Shown here one piece after another: positions 53,001-64,000 of a DNA stretch of 64,000 nt. Position 1 is the stretch's first letter. Each line of letters starts with the position of its first letter. The notes beneath the pieces are model-generated. The model saw only the letters and a program-made list of their open reading frames with translations. It ran no database searches and was not told where the DNA came from. This DNA comes from Stegostoma tigrinum. Taxonomy: Eukaryota. Location of the stretch: contig NC_081399.1 of assembly GCF_030684315.1 (NCBI RefSeq), positions 6,248,113 to 6,312,112 on the forward strand. The letters are read 5' to 3'. A program made the position numbers and the translations under genes.

Positions 53001-53600
53001 AATTCGGAGTCAACCACATTGTTATAGGTCTGGAGTCACAAGTAGGCCATTACCAGGTAAGGATGGCCTTTTTCTTCCTTAATGGAAGTTAGTGAACAAT
53101 ATGTGTTTTTCTAACGGGTGACAATGGATTCATGGTCATCATTAGAGTCTTAATTCCAAATAGTTTGTTGAATTCAAATTCCACCACCTGCTGTGGCAGG
53201 ATTCGAACCCTGGTTGCCAAAATGTTGTCGGGGTTTCTAGATTCACAGTACAGTGATAGTACCAGTAGGCCATCGCCTTCCCGAGTGAATTTTGCCTTGG
53301 TTTCTACCTCTCCCTCAATTTCTGCAATTATTGCCCTACTCCTCTGGTTTCCATGCCCCTACCTCAGTAGTTTAAACCTTCTCCAATGTATCCCTCCAAA
53401 ACATCAGTCCTGGTCCTACCCACACATAACCGATCCACAGGTTCCACCTCCCCTGGAAACAGTCACAATGTCCCATGAATCTGAAACCTTCCCCCAACAC
53501 CAACTTTTCTCACATGTGTCAATCCCATGCATTTTTCTGTTTCTACTCTGAAATAGCTTGTGGCACTGGTAGCATTCCTGAGATAACTACCTTTGAATTA
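50020..53600 (-). mobile_element. Degenerate CR1 LINE with a nested SINE-like element (about 52950-53285)
   Basis: WRVANVVPVFKKG...GNYRPANLTSVVGKLLE, ICKFADDPKIG and EHFRRSDHNTVSF (endonuclease end). Confidence 0.85.
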
Positions 53601-54624
53601 ATAAATTTCAACTAGTTAAGAGAGCTGTATCTTGCTCCTCCATCGTCCCAAAACTACATCTTCAACAGCTGAAAGCAAAACTAAAACCATGGGTATGTCT
53701 GAGCCTGACTTCACACACTCATGCTTCTATTATCAAATTAAAACAAAGCTGTTTACATTGCTTTCCATGGAGCTGACAGCTAAGTACCAGATTTACAACA
53801 CGTCTCTTCTAGTGACCCAGGGCAGTTATATCTCTCAGAAAAGCACATTTTATCATATCTCTCTCAGTCTGCTTTGTAAATTTGAGGTCAAAGAGAATAA
53901 ACTGTAACCTGGAATGTAGAACTCGTTGGTTTTGTTAGGATTGATATGAATTCATTGTTTTACATGTTGGTAATTTGATCTGTAGATTATGGCATTGTTC
54001 TCAACAAACCACTGCAGAGTCAATCACCCTCAACAACTCTATAAAGTCATCTAGCTCAGTCCATCTGCTGGCAACTCATTACCTTCTTACCAATCTTAAC
54101 TGCAGACAAGAAAATAAACTTTTTTTCATTGATTCTTCATTGAACAAGAAACAGTGACAGTGTGGAACGCCTTCATAAATTCACATTTGTTCATCTGAAA
54201 TCATTCCCATCAGAGCTATCCTGACTTGTACTTTCCATCTGGCTTGGAGGCAACTCTGTTTAACTTTTAATTCTCTTTCCACGTGGTAAATGTCACTTCA
54301 GTGGGAATTCGGCTCAATGCTCTTGGCACAGATACATTTGAGAATTTGAAGGTCAATCCCAGAAGAGAAGGCAGGGGTCCAGTACTGGAGACCACGAAAG
54401 TAACGTTGATTGACGTATAGCCTCTCTCTGGTTCACTGGTTACCGTATGGAGAGTGGACTGCATAAGGCTGCAGACCCACCACTCTGTGGTTCAGCTCAA
54501 AAGCCACTCAGGAGGAGAGCAGTTGGTCGAAATAGCCTGGTCTTGTCAGAAATTCCCCATTGAATGAACAATCAAAGTAAATTAAAATTCTCTAATGAAA
54601 TTAACGCAGTACTAAGCCCTCAAC

Positions 54625-54742
54625 ACTGAGTGTGCGGTGTTCCCTTCATACTGACCCCAGACGGTGCAGTGCTTTCTCAGTACTGACCTTCCGACACTGC
54701 AGCACTTTCTCAGTCCTGATCCCCCGATTGTTCAGCACTCCT
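54625..54742. repeat. Degenerate ~32-bp tandem repeat (gtgcagcactttctcagtactgaccttccgaca-like, about 4 units)
   Basis: Direct imperfect repeats. Confidence 0.6.
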
Positions 54743-55171
54743 TTCATTTCTATGGAGCTTAGGTGAGAGTTCACCTGGATTATAATGGGGAGTTTTCTCG
54801 CCTTGTCCAAGGAAATACATATTTTCCGTAGAGGGATTGCTCTGAATGATGAAAAGTTAATTTTCTTTTGAAGACAGCTTCGATGATAATCTGTGCAGTT
54901 AACGTGGATTGAGAGATTTTAGGCAAACCTACAGAAGCAAAAAAAACAAAGAAACTTCAGCAGATAAACACTTGAAGGTTAGAGATGGAGATAGGATTCC
55001 TAGATAAATGGGAAAGGGAAATTAAAAAGAAAGTTTGGAAGGGTGGCGCGAATTTGTGAGTGGCTGAACAGCACGTGTGAGAGAGGTTCACAGAGTGGGT
55101 ATCAGTTTGGGGACAAGGTCTAAGAGAAGGTGTGAGGGAGAGGGACAGAATGATGTGTGTGGGTAAAGGGC

Positions 55172-55177
<6 letters not shown>

Positions 55178-55208
<31 letters not shown>
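55178..55208. repeat. (GA)n microsatellite
   Basis: Direct run. Confidence 0.9.
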
Positions 55209-55209
<1 letters not shown>

Positions 55210-55452
55210 GAGGCGTGCCAGATGGACTGCACGGTTGTTATCTGATTTGTTGGTTGTGGGACAACTTACAGCTTCAGTGAAAGGGCGAGAGAGCTGACAT
55301 GAGGAAATTTGGGTCAGCCATGATCCTACTAATGATGGGGCAGACTTACTGCGCGGAATAGCTGACTCTTATTTCTTGGTCCCTTGGACATATGGTCTTA
55401 GCTCGCTGTACTGCATGCTACTTCCACCATTTGGCATACAGTCGAACTAAGT

Positions 55453-55967
55453 NNNNNNNNNNNNNNNNNNNNNNNNNNNNNNNNNNNNNNNNNNNNNNNN
55501 NNNNNNNNNNNNNNNNNNNNNNNNNNNNNNNNNNNNNNNNNNNNNNNNNNNNNNNNNNNNNNNNNNNNNNNNNNNNNNNNNNNNNNNNNNNNNNNNNNNN
55601 NNNNNNNNNNNNNNNNNNNNNNNNNNNNNNNNNNNNNNNNNNNNNNNNNNNNNNNNNNNNNNNNNNNNNNNNNNNNNNNNNNNNNNNNNNNNNNNNNNNN
55701 NNNNNNNNNNNNNNNNNNNNNNNNNNNNNNNNNNNNNNNNNNNNNNNNNNNNNNNNNNNNNNNNNNNNNNNNNNNNNNNNNNNNNNNNNNNNNNNNNNNN
55801 NNNNNNNNNNNNNNNNNNNNNNNNNNNNNNNNNNNNNNNNNNNNNNNNNNNNNNNNNNNNNNNNNNNNNNNNNNNNNNNNNNNNNNNNNNNNNNNNNNNN
55901 NNNNNNNNNNNNNNNNNNNNNNNNNNNNNNNNNNNNNNNNNNNNNNNNNNNNNNNNNNNNNNNNNNN
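55453..55967. other. Assembly gap (515 N)
   Basis: Run of N. Confidence 1.
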
Positions 55968-56507
55968 GAAGTGTTATTTGCTGCGTTTGTTTGCGATGTT
56001 CGAATGCTTTGGGTTTGTATAGTAGTCGAATTTGTGGCATAACCACAAATAGAACACTTTAATAACAGAATTTTCAGAGTTTTAGAGGGACATTACATAT
56101 CAGGCTGCAGTATAATAGCCCTGAGAAACAAGGTAACGTTATAAATTTTAATTACCGAATGGCCACAAACGAATAAAAAATATGAGACCTAGTATGGGGG
56201 AAGAGATGGGACAATGAATGGACAGCGCACTTGCTGTTTTATTATTGGTTACAAATGTCATTTGCTAAACGTGAGATAACTTAAATGATCGAGTTTCGCT
56301 TTTAAATATATTCAATTCCAACAGGAATTAACTGAGTGTTGCAATACGTTTCTCCAATTTGTTTTTTTGGAAAGAAAGTTAAAGCTGTTGCATTTGTTAC
56401 CTCTGGGAGGCTTTCCAAAGGGAATAAATGAATGGTTGAGGTTAATATCACTTCGGAGTATTTTATATTGCCTACAGTACTAAGGGATCGATTACCTTGT
56501 AATATAA

Positions 56508-59500
56508 ATGCATTTCCCAATGCAATACGGGCTGAAAATATATTATGCAATTCTTGCTGTTATTGGTGTTCCTGGTAAGTCACCGTAGAGTTGTGTAAAT
56601 ATGTGGGGTCCAAATTTTGTGATTTTCTGCTCTGACAGGTTATCGTAACTGTCTACAAAGTATACGCGCACGAGACCAACGTTATTACTTCTTTGACGAG
56701 AATGAAAGAATATTCAATCCTATTACAACGTGTCCTCAAATTTATCTTTTGCTCTTGATGCCTCATGGATGCCTTGTGTTCTGATGTTTATTGTGCTGTC
56801 TATGATCAATTGCAGAACAAATTGCAGTAATTTCTATCAGTGAAGACTTTGGTTCACTGCTAGGTTAGAAAACTTAGAAAATATTGGCATTATCAGGTAA
56901 GAAGGGGGAAGATTAAGAAGCCTTGGATGACGGGTACAGGGGTGCTTCTTGTCAAAAAGAAAATGGTAGCGTACGTAAGGTGGAGGAAGCAAGGGTCTAG
57001 CCCAGCTTTAGGGTATTATAGGCTTGCTCGGAAGGAACTCAAAAGTCGACTGAGGAGGGCCAGGAGAGGGCACGAAAAGGGCTTGGCAGGAAGGATTAGG
57101 GAGAACCCGAAGGCATTTTACTCATACGTGAGGAATAAGAGAATGATCAGGGAGAAGGTAGGGCCAATCGGGGATAGCGCAGGGAACTTGTGTGTGGAGT
57201 CTGAGCAGATAGGGGATGCCCTAAATGAGTTTTTGGCTTCGGTTTTCACGAAGGAAAGGGACCTTGTTGTGAATGAGAACTTTGAGGAACAGGCAAACAG
57301 GCTTGAACAGATCAAGATTGAGGAAGTTGATGTGCTGGAAATTTTGGCAAACATTAAGATTGATAAGAACCCAGGGCCAGACCATATTTATCCTAGGTTG
57401 CTCCGGGAAGCCAGAAAGGAGGTTGCTAAGCCGCTGGCAAAGATCTTTGCTTCCTCACTGTCCACGGGAGTCGTACCTGAAGGTTGGAGGGAGGCAATTG
57501 ATGTTCCTCTTTTCAAGAAAGGGAATAGGGAAATCCCTGGAAATTACAGACCAGTCAGTCTTACGTCTGTCGTCAGCAAGGTTTTTGAAAGAATTCTGAG
57601 GGATAGGATTTATGACTATTTGGAAAAGCATAGCATGATTAAAGGGAGTCAGCATGGCTTTGTGAGGGGCAGGTAATGCCTTACAAATCTTATTGAGTTC
57701 TTTGAGGAAGTCACGAGACAGGTTGATGAGGGTCGAGCAGTGGATGTGGTGTACATGGACTTCAGCAAGGCATTTGATAAGGTTCCTCACAGCAGGCTCA
57801 TTCATAAAGTCAGGAGGTATGGAATACAGGGTGATTTGGCTGTCTGGATTCAGAATTGGTTGGCTGACAGGAGGCAGAGTGTGGTTCTAGATGGTAAGTA
57901 TTCTGCCTGGAGGTCAGTGCTGAGTGGTGTCCCACAGGGCTCTGTTCTTGGGCCTCTGCTCTTTGTAGTTTTTATAAATTACTTGGAAGAGGAGGTTGAG
58001 GCATGGGTTAGTATGTTTGCTGATGACACAAAGGTTGGAGGTGCCGTTGATGGTATCAAGGGCTATTGCAGGCTTCAGCAAGACATTGACAGAATGCAGA
58101 GCTGGTCTGAGAAATGGCAGATGGATAAATGCGAAGTGATGCATTTTGGAAGGTCGAACTTAAATGCTGAAGATAGGATTAAAGGCAGGATTCTCGGCAG
58201 TGTGGAGGAACAGCGGGATCTTGGTGTTCAAGTGCATAGCTCCCTCAAAGTTGCCACCCAGGTGGATAAGGTTGTTAAGAAAGCATATGGTGTTTTGGCT
58301 TTCATTAACAGGGGGATTGAGTTTAAGAGCCGCGAGGTTATGCTGCAGCTCTACAAAACCCTGGTGAGACCACACTGGAATATTGTGTCCAGCTCTGGTC
58401 GCCCTATTATAGGAAAGATGTGGAGTCTTTGGAGAGGGTGCAAAGGAGGTTTACCGGGATGCTGCCTGGACTGGAGGGCTTGTCTTACGAGGATAGGTTG
58501 ACTGAGCTCGTACTTTTCTCTCTGGAGAGAAGGAGGAAGAGAGGTAGCCTGATCGACGTGTACAAGGTGATGAGAGGCATGGATGGAGTCAATAGCCAGA
58601 GACTTTTCCCCAGGGCAGGATTGGCTGCCACGAGGGGTCATAGTTTTAAGGTGTTAGGAGGAAGGTATAGAGGAGACGTCAGAGGGAGGTTCTTCACCCA
58701 GAGAGTTGTGAGTGCATGGAATAGCTTACCAGTGGTAGTCGTGGAAGCAGAGTCATTAGTGACATTTAAGCGACTGCTGGACATGCACATGGACAGCAGT
58801 GAATTGAGGGGAATGTAGGTTAGGTTATTTTATTTTTGGATTAGGATTATTCCACGGCACAACATCGTGGGCCGAAGGGCCTGTTCTGCTGTACTTTTCT
58901 ATGTTCTATGTTTTATCTGTCGGAATGGCATCAGACTGAGTCTCGGTCACAAACTGGAGTAAATTGCCTGATCTCAGTTGCTCATGTTTATTAGGTATGT
59001 CTATACGCTGGGATCAGGGCTTTTTCGTCAGCTCAGTTCTTAATGGTCTACGCTATACCCTGGATAGTTACGCCTGGTCCCAGACTCCTTAACCACGGGA
59101 AGAATCTAGTCAGTCTAGTCCTGTTCAGAGGCTCCATTTGTGCCAATCTTTCCTCATGAAACACTCCTCTCACCACCGGTTTCAGCATGGTGAACTTCCG
59201 CTGCACTCCCTCAGTGTTAAGTATCTTCTTTCTTAGATATCGATATTATTGTCCACAAGAACTTACAATGCTTCAGCTTCATATTTTGAAGTGCTTGCTT
59301 CATAGTCATTCAGGGTGGAGGGTTTTTTTGTGAATCCACCTCATTTTATATTGTGATTCAAATGTCCACCACTAATCATGAATGCTACGGCATGACTGCA
59401 GATTTTCATTCTGCTCTGTTGGTTGTGGAATCTCAGAGATGCTTACATAATACCTTTGACTGTGCCTGAGTGCTGAATCAGATACTGTCAGGAGTTTTCA

Positions 59501-62207
59501 CTTTGCTTTGTGATCCACGAGTCAGAAACAAGCAAGGCAAAAACTGAAATTACTGGAAAAGCTCAGCAGGTTTGGCACCTATGAAAATGAATCAGTTAAC
59601 GTTTTGTGTCAGGTGACCGTTATTGAGAATTGATGGTCGCTAGGAAGAAAAAACGTCCTTTTTTCAGTGCAGCACACAGGGCTGGTGGAGGGGTAAGGAG
59701 TAAATGATAGATGGAGATAGAGAGAGAAAGACTTGAAGTGATAATTTTTGATTTTTGTCAATCTGGACAAAGCATGGCACTGGAATTAATTTGGAAGAGA
59801 CACAGGGAAGAGTCATTCTGTACACAGACTCAAACAGGGATGTTCATCTCGACAATGTATGACACTTCGAAATAGTTGGGTCTGATCTTTGGTTTATTGC
59901 TCCTGTTAAAACCATGAGATGTAGGAGTGAAATTTGGCCATTTGAGCAATCAAGAATGCTCTGTCCTTCAGTGAGATCATGGCTTATCTGATAATCTTCA
60001 AGATAACAAAGTGTGGAGCTGGATGAACACAGCAGGCCAAGCAGCATCTCAGGAGCACAAAAGCTGATGTTTCAGGTCATCAGTGAGGTCTGATGAAGGG
60101 CCTAGGCCTGAAATGTCAGCTTTTGTGCTCCTGAGATGCTGCTTGGCCTGCTGTGTTCATCCAGCTTCACACTTTATTATCTTGGATTCTCCAGCATCTG
60201 CAGTTCCCATTATCTCTCATAATCTTCAGCTCTACTTTCCTGTCTTTGCTACGTAACCCTTGTTTCCCTGATTAATTAAAATCTGGTCATCCTGGCTGTA
60301 AATCTACTGAATGACCCAGCCTTGACTGTCCTCTGTAGTAAGGAATTCTGCAGATTCACTGTACACTGTGTAAAGAAATTCATCCTTGTACCTGTCTTAA
60401 AATGAGCGGGCCCTTGCTGGAATTTCATGCCCTCTGGTTGCAAATATTCACACAAGGTAAGCCAAAGGTAAAGATGGCTTTGGGGAGTAAAACAGTGGTT
60501 GTTGTCAACATGGACTTAATTCAGGAATTTGATCAGGTTCACCCTGGTAGTTTGGCCCAGAGGTTAAATCACAATCCATTTGACTCCGCGGAGATGGCAA
60601 GTTGGATATAAAACTTTCTTGGTGATAGAAGATAGGGTGTCATTGTGGAGGGATGTATTTCTAATTGGAGGCCAGTGGCCAGTAGTTTTTCACAGAGCTG
60701 CGTACTGTGAATTCTGTTTATAACTTAACTCCGTGATTTAGATAATTGTCAATGGTCTGATTAGCAATTTTGAAGATGACACTAAGATTGGTAGCATTGT
60801 GGGCAGTTAGGAAAGATGTGAAATCATGCAGCTTTATGTAGATCAACTGGAACGTTGGTGGGAGAAATGGCAAATCATATTTAATCCAGATAAATGTAGG
60901 GTGATGCATTTTGGGAGGTGTTGTTCTCCAACTTTGTCCTGAGCTTCACTGGAGCACTGCAGTAAGCCTGAGACCAAGATGTTGGCCATGTGACAAGGTG
61001 GTATGTTGAAATTGCAGTCAGAATTGGATAACGAAACAAACCAAACTCCTCTCCCACACCTCCAACCCAACCTTCCAGCTTCAGAAAATCCTGAAGTTCA
61101 AAACCCTTCCAGCAATGAAAATACTTCTGAGGGTAATAACTCCGAGGTTTAGGTGGGATATTTCAATAGTATGAGATCTGGTGATAAAATGTAGCTGGTC
61201 AGAATTAAGCCTATCAAACAGATTAAATCAGTCACGGGCTCAAGCATGGAGTACATTTGTTCATTAATATCTAGCTTTTCTCTTTAATATCTCTTTTCAC
61301 TCTTACAGTTAACTTCCTGGGAATTGTGATCCTGTCTCGTGGAAAGTGTGGCCTCTCGACTTGCACAGCTCGTTACCTGGTGGCCATGGCAACAGCCGAT
61401 CTATTGGTCATTGTCACTGAGGTCATATTGTGGCGTATCAATTATTATTATTTCCCAGGGTCATTCCTTGAGCTTACACCTGTGTGCAGTCTTAATGATG
61501 TCTTGCTCCGAGCAGCCACAGACTGCTCTGTCTGGTTCACTGTCACTTTTTCCTTTGATCGATTTGTGGCCATTTGCTGTCAGAAGCTAAAAACAAAATA
61601 CTGCACGAAGAAAACTTCAGCTGCTTTTCTAGCAGCAACCACTATTCTTTCTTGTTTAAAAAACATCCCTCAGTACTTTACATATCAACCATGGGTTATA
61701 ATCAACAATGTACCAAGGCTCTGTTATCGAAAGCCAGCCTATTATACTGAACCTGGATGGGTAGCATTTGCCTGGCTTGACAGGATCTTAACACCATTGC
61801 TTCCATTCTCTTTAATTTTGTTGCTCAATGCTCTGACAGTCAGGCACATTCTCATCGCCAGTCGTGTCCGCAAAGGACTGAGGGGTCAGAGCATGAGGGA
61901 GAGTCCTAGTGATCAGGAAATGGAGAACAGAAGAAAGTCTGTGATTTTACTCTTCACCATATCTGGCACCTTCATAGTCCTGTGGTTGGTGTATGTTATA
62001 GAGTTCATATATTATAATGTAAAAGGAACAAATCCCTGGGAGTACAGTGATTCTGAATACGTATTTCGGGAAGTTGGGTGGATGTTGAGGAATTTAAGTT
62101 GCTGCACAAATACATTTATTTATGGTGTGACGCAGTCCAAGTTCAGAGAACAGGTTTGGTGTGTAATGAAATATCCAATCAGATCATTTATTACATTTAA
62201 TGAGTGA
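56508..62207 (+). CDS. Class A orphan GPCR, GPR139/GPR142-like; exons 56508-56574 and 61309-62207, 321 aa
   Basis: Exon 1 MHFPMQYGLKIYYAILAVIGVP with G|GTAAGT donor; ttacAG acceptor in phase 1 gives V-NFLGIVILSR; seven hydrophobic segments, MATADLL (TM2), DRFVAIC (TM3), NTFIY (TM7). Confidence 0.88.
56895..58912 (+). mobile_element. CR1 LINE in the GPCR intron, 5'-truncated and relatively young
   Basis: ORFs 56927-57676, 57740-58501 and 58420-58818 with NYRPVSLTS, GVPQGSVLGP and MFADDTK; 3' (ttctatg)n tail. Confidence 0.93.
60001..60218. mobile_element. Palindromic Penelope-derived mini-element
   Basis: Inverted arms; TSD ataatcttca at 59991-60000 and 60219-60228; core ctgatgaagggcctaggcctgaaatgtc. 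Confidence 0.85.
60500..60920 (+). mobile_element. Old CR1 RT fragment
   Basis: Decayed homology to 57740-58150 (aattttgaagatgacactaagattgg, aaatgtagggtgatgcattttgg). Confidence 0.6.
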
Positions 62208-62374
62208 AGAAAGTACTTAGAGAAGTCCAGGTGAAGATCATCCAATTCGGGAATTCTGACCTGTATCTGACATTGTCCTCAATAAATCCAGGAGCTGCAT
62301 CCAATGACTATCTGCCACCTTAAATTTTCAGGTCCTTTCACACAGTTAATAAAAAAACAACACCCAATCATATT

Positions 62375-62806
62375 AGATAACAAGCAGCATCATCTTCCCT
62401 CCCCCATTGCATCCCAAAACCAGCCCAGCTCATCCCCGCCTCCCTAACCTGTTCTTCCTCTCACCTATCCCCTCCTCCCACCACAAGCCACATCCCCATT
62501 TCCTACCTGCTAACCTCATCCCACTCCCTTGACCCATCCGCCCTCCCCGGACTGACCTATCCCCTCCCCACCTCCCCACCCATACTGTCCTCTCCACTTA
62601 TCTTCTCCTGTAGACATCTTCAGTCTGCCTCCCCCCCTCCCTATTTATTTCAGAATCCCCTCCCCATCCCCCTTTTCTGATGAAGGGTCTAGGCCCAAAA
62701 TGTCAGCTTTTGTGCTCCTAAGATGTTGCTTGGCCTGCTGTGTTCATCCAGCTCCACACCTTGTTATCTCGGATTCTCCAGCATCTGCAGTTCCCATTAT
62801 CTCTGA
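62375..62806 (+). mobile_element. Penelope 3' terminal fragment downstream of the GPCR
   Basis: Homologous to 25391-25800 (reverse complement); 13-bp TSD acccaatcatatt at 62362-62374 and 62807-62819. Confidence 0.85.
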
Positions 62807-63059
62807 ACCCAATCATATTGCTTCATTTGATGCTTAACTGCCCAATATCAATGATAGACAGTTGCTTCAGTCAATACCACTACCAAGCCCTGGAATAGAC
62901 AGCTACATCGATCAATCAGGCTGTCCTCTCTGTGGAATGGTGATTTAACCAGCCAGACTGGAAAGTTTCTGATGGACTGTGGAAGCCCACAAAGGGCTGT
63001 ATCAAAATTGGGACAGATATCGACCTTACATTTGAAGCTGTGCATTGTTGGCTTGGAAT

Positions 63060-64000
63060 TTAGCAACATAGGAACAGAATAGGGCCACTCAACCCATTGA
63101 ATCTGCAGCACAGTTCACCACAATCATGGCTGATCTTGTATCTCAACACCATACCCCTGCTTTCTCTCTAAACCCCTTGGTTATCTTAATATATTAAATA
63201 TATAACCTCTTCCTTGATCGTACTAAATGCTCCATTGCTCACAGATCTCTGTGGTGGAGAATTCTACATGTTGACAATCTACTCAGTGAACAAATATTTC
63301 CTCATCTCCATCCAAGATGGTCTGTCCAGTATTCTGAGACTGTGTCCCCTCGTTCTAGGCTCCCCAGCCAAGGGAAGCATCTTCTTTTAATCTGATATTT
63401 CTAGCCCTGTCAGAATTTCATACATTTCAATCAAATGTCTTTTTACAGTCTGAACTGTAGTAAATACAGGGCAAGTCGAACCAACCTCTCCTCATAGAAC
63501 ACTCTTTCCATCCCAGTCCCAACGTAATGAACCTCTGCTGAACTTACCATCAGTTATTATGTCCTTTCTTCGACAGAGGCATCAGAACTGCAAACAATAC
63601 TTCAAGTGTGGTCTCACTGACGTCTTTGGTCACAGCATTCTTACATTCTGATTTCTGTACTTAAAACCTTTTGCAATGGAGGTCAATGTACCATTTGCCT
63701 TCAGAGTGTTTGTTACACCTGCCTGTCTACTTCCATTGATTCGTGAACAAGTCATCTAAATCCCTTTGTACAACCGCATTCCTCAAAACATCGTAATTTA
63801 TGCAATGCTCTGACTTTTTTTCATTCTTAAGTGTGAAACTTCACTTTTATCCACATTATTACTGCACCTGTCACATGTTTATTCACTCAGTCAAATATTC
63901 TTCATTGGCCTGAAGCCTTCTTACAGCTCACAATAAAAGCTTAATTTGTTTCATTGGCCAACTTGGAAATATTTGCTTCTGTCCTCTATGTTGTTAATAA
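63060..64000 (-). mobile_element. Degenerate CR1 3' portion
   Basis: Reverse-complement similarity to the CR1 3' regions at 27160-28100 and 38690-39035. Confidence 0.6.

Noticed and set aside
1-55452. D, J or C segments
   Set aside because: I saw no FGxG J motif with a 12-RSS and no C1-set exon. This was a visual scan only.
55392-56046. Long ORFs of 216 and 199 aa
   Set aside because: Artefacts of the N gap.

Overview
Vertebrate genomic DNA, most likely a shark (inferred from the repeat content: HE1-type V-SINEs, CR1, Rex1-like and Penelope elements, plus a shark-type GPR139-like gene). Positions ~1-42 kb hold a minus-strand tandem array (native unit about 3-5 kb) of antigen-receptor V gene segments. 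Each unit has a conserved promoter, a 46-49 nt leader exon, a phase-1 intron, a V exon and a 23-bp-spacer RSS. The V domains most resemble T-cell receptor beta V genes of the TRBV30 type. I find 10 V exons plus one orphan promoter/leader remnant. Only one copy (23124-24003) looks fully intact, one more (18820-19682) is a single base from intact, and the rest are pseudogenes. No D, J or C segments are visible. Positions 42-55 kb are dense in decayed retroelements, followed by an assembly gap (55453-55967) and an intact two-exon, 321-aa GPR139/GPR142-like class A GPCR (56508-62207). Highlights: a CTCF-like/E-box motif 38 bp beyond the RSS nonamers, a GATA-ETS/RUNX-TATA-E-box V promoter, extra CDR1/CDR3 cysteines reminiscent of IgNAR, and Penelope-derived mini-elements carrying hammerhead-ribozyme cores as palindromes and tandem arrays.
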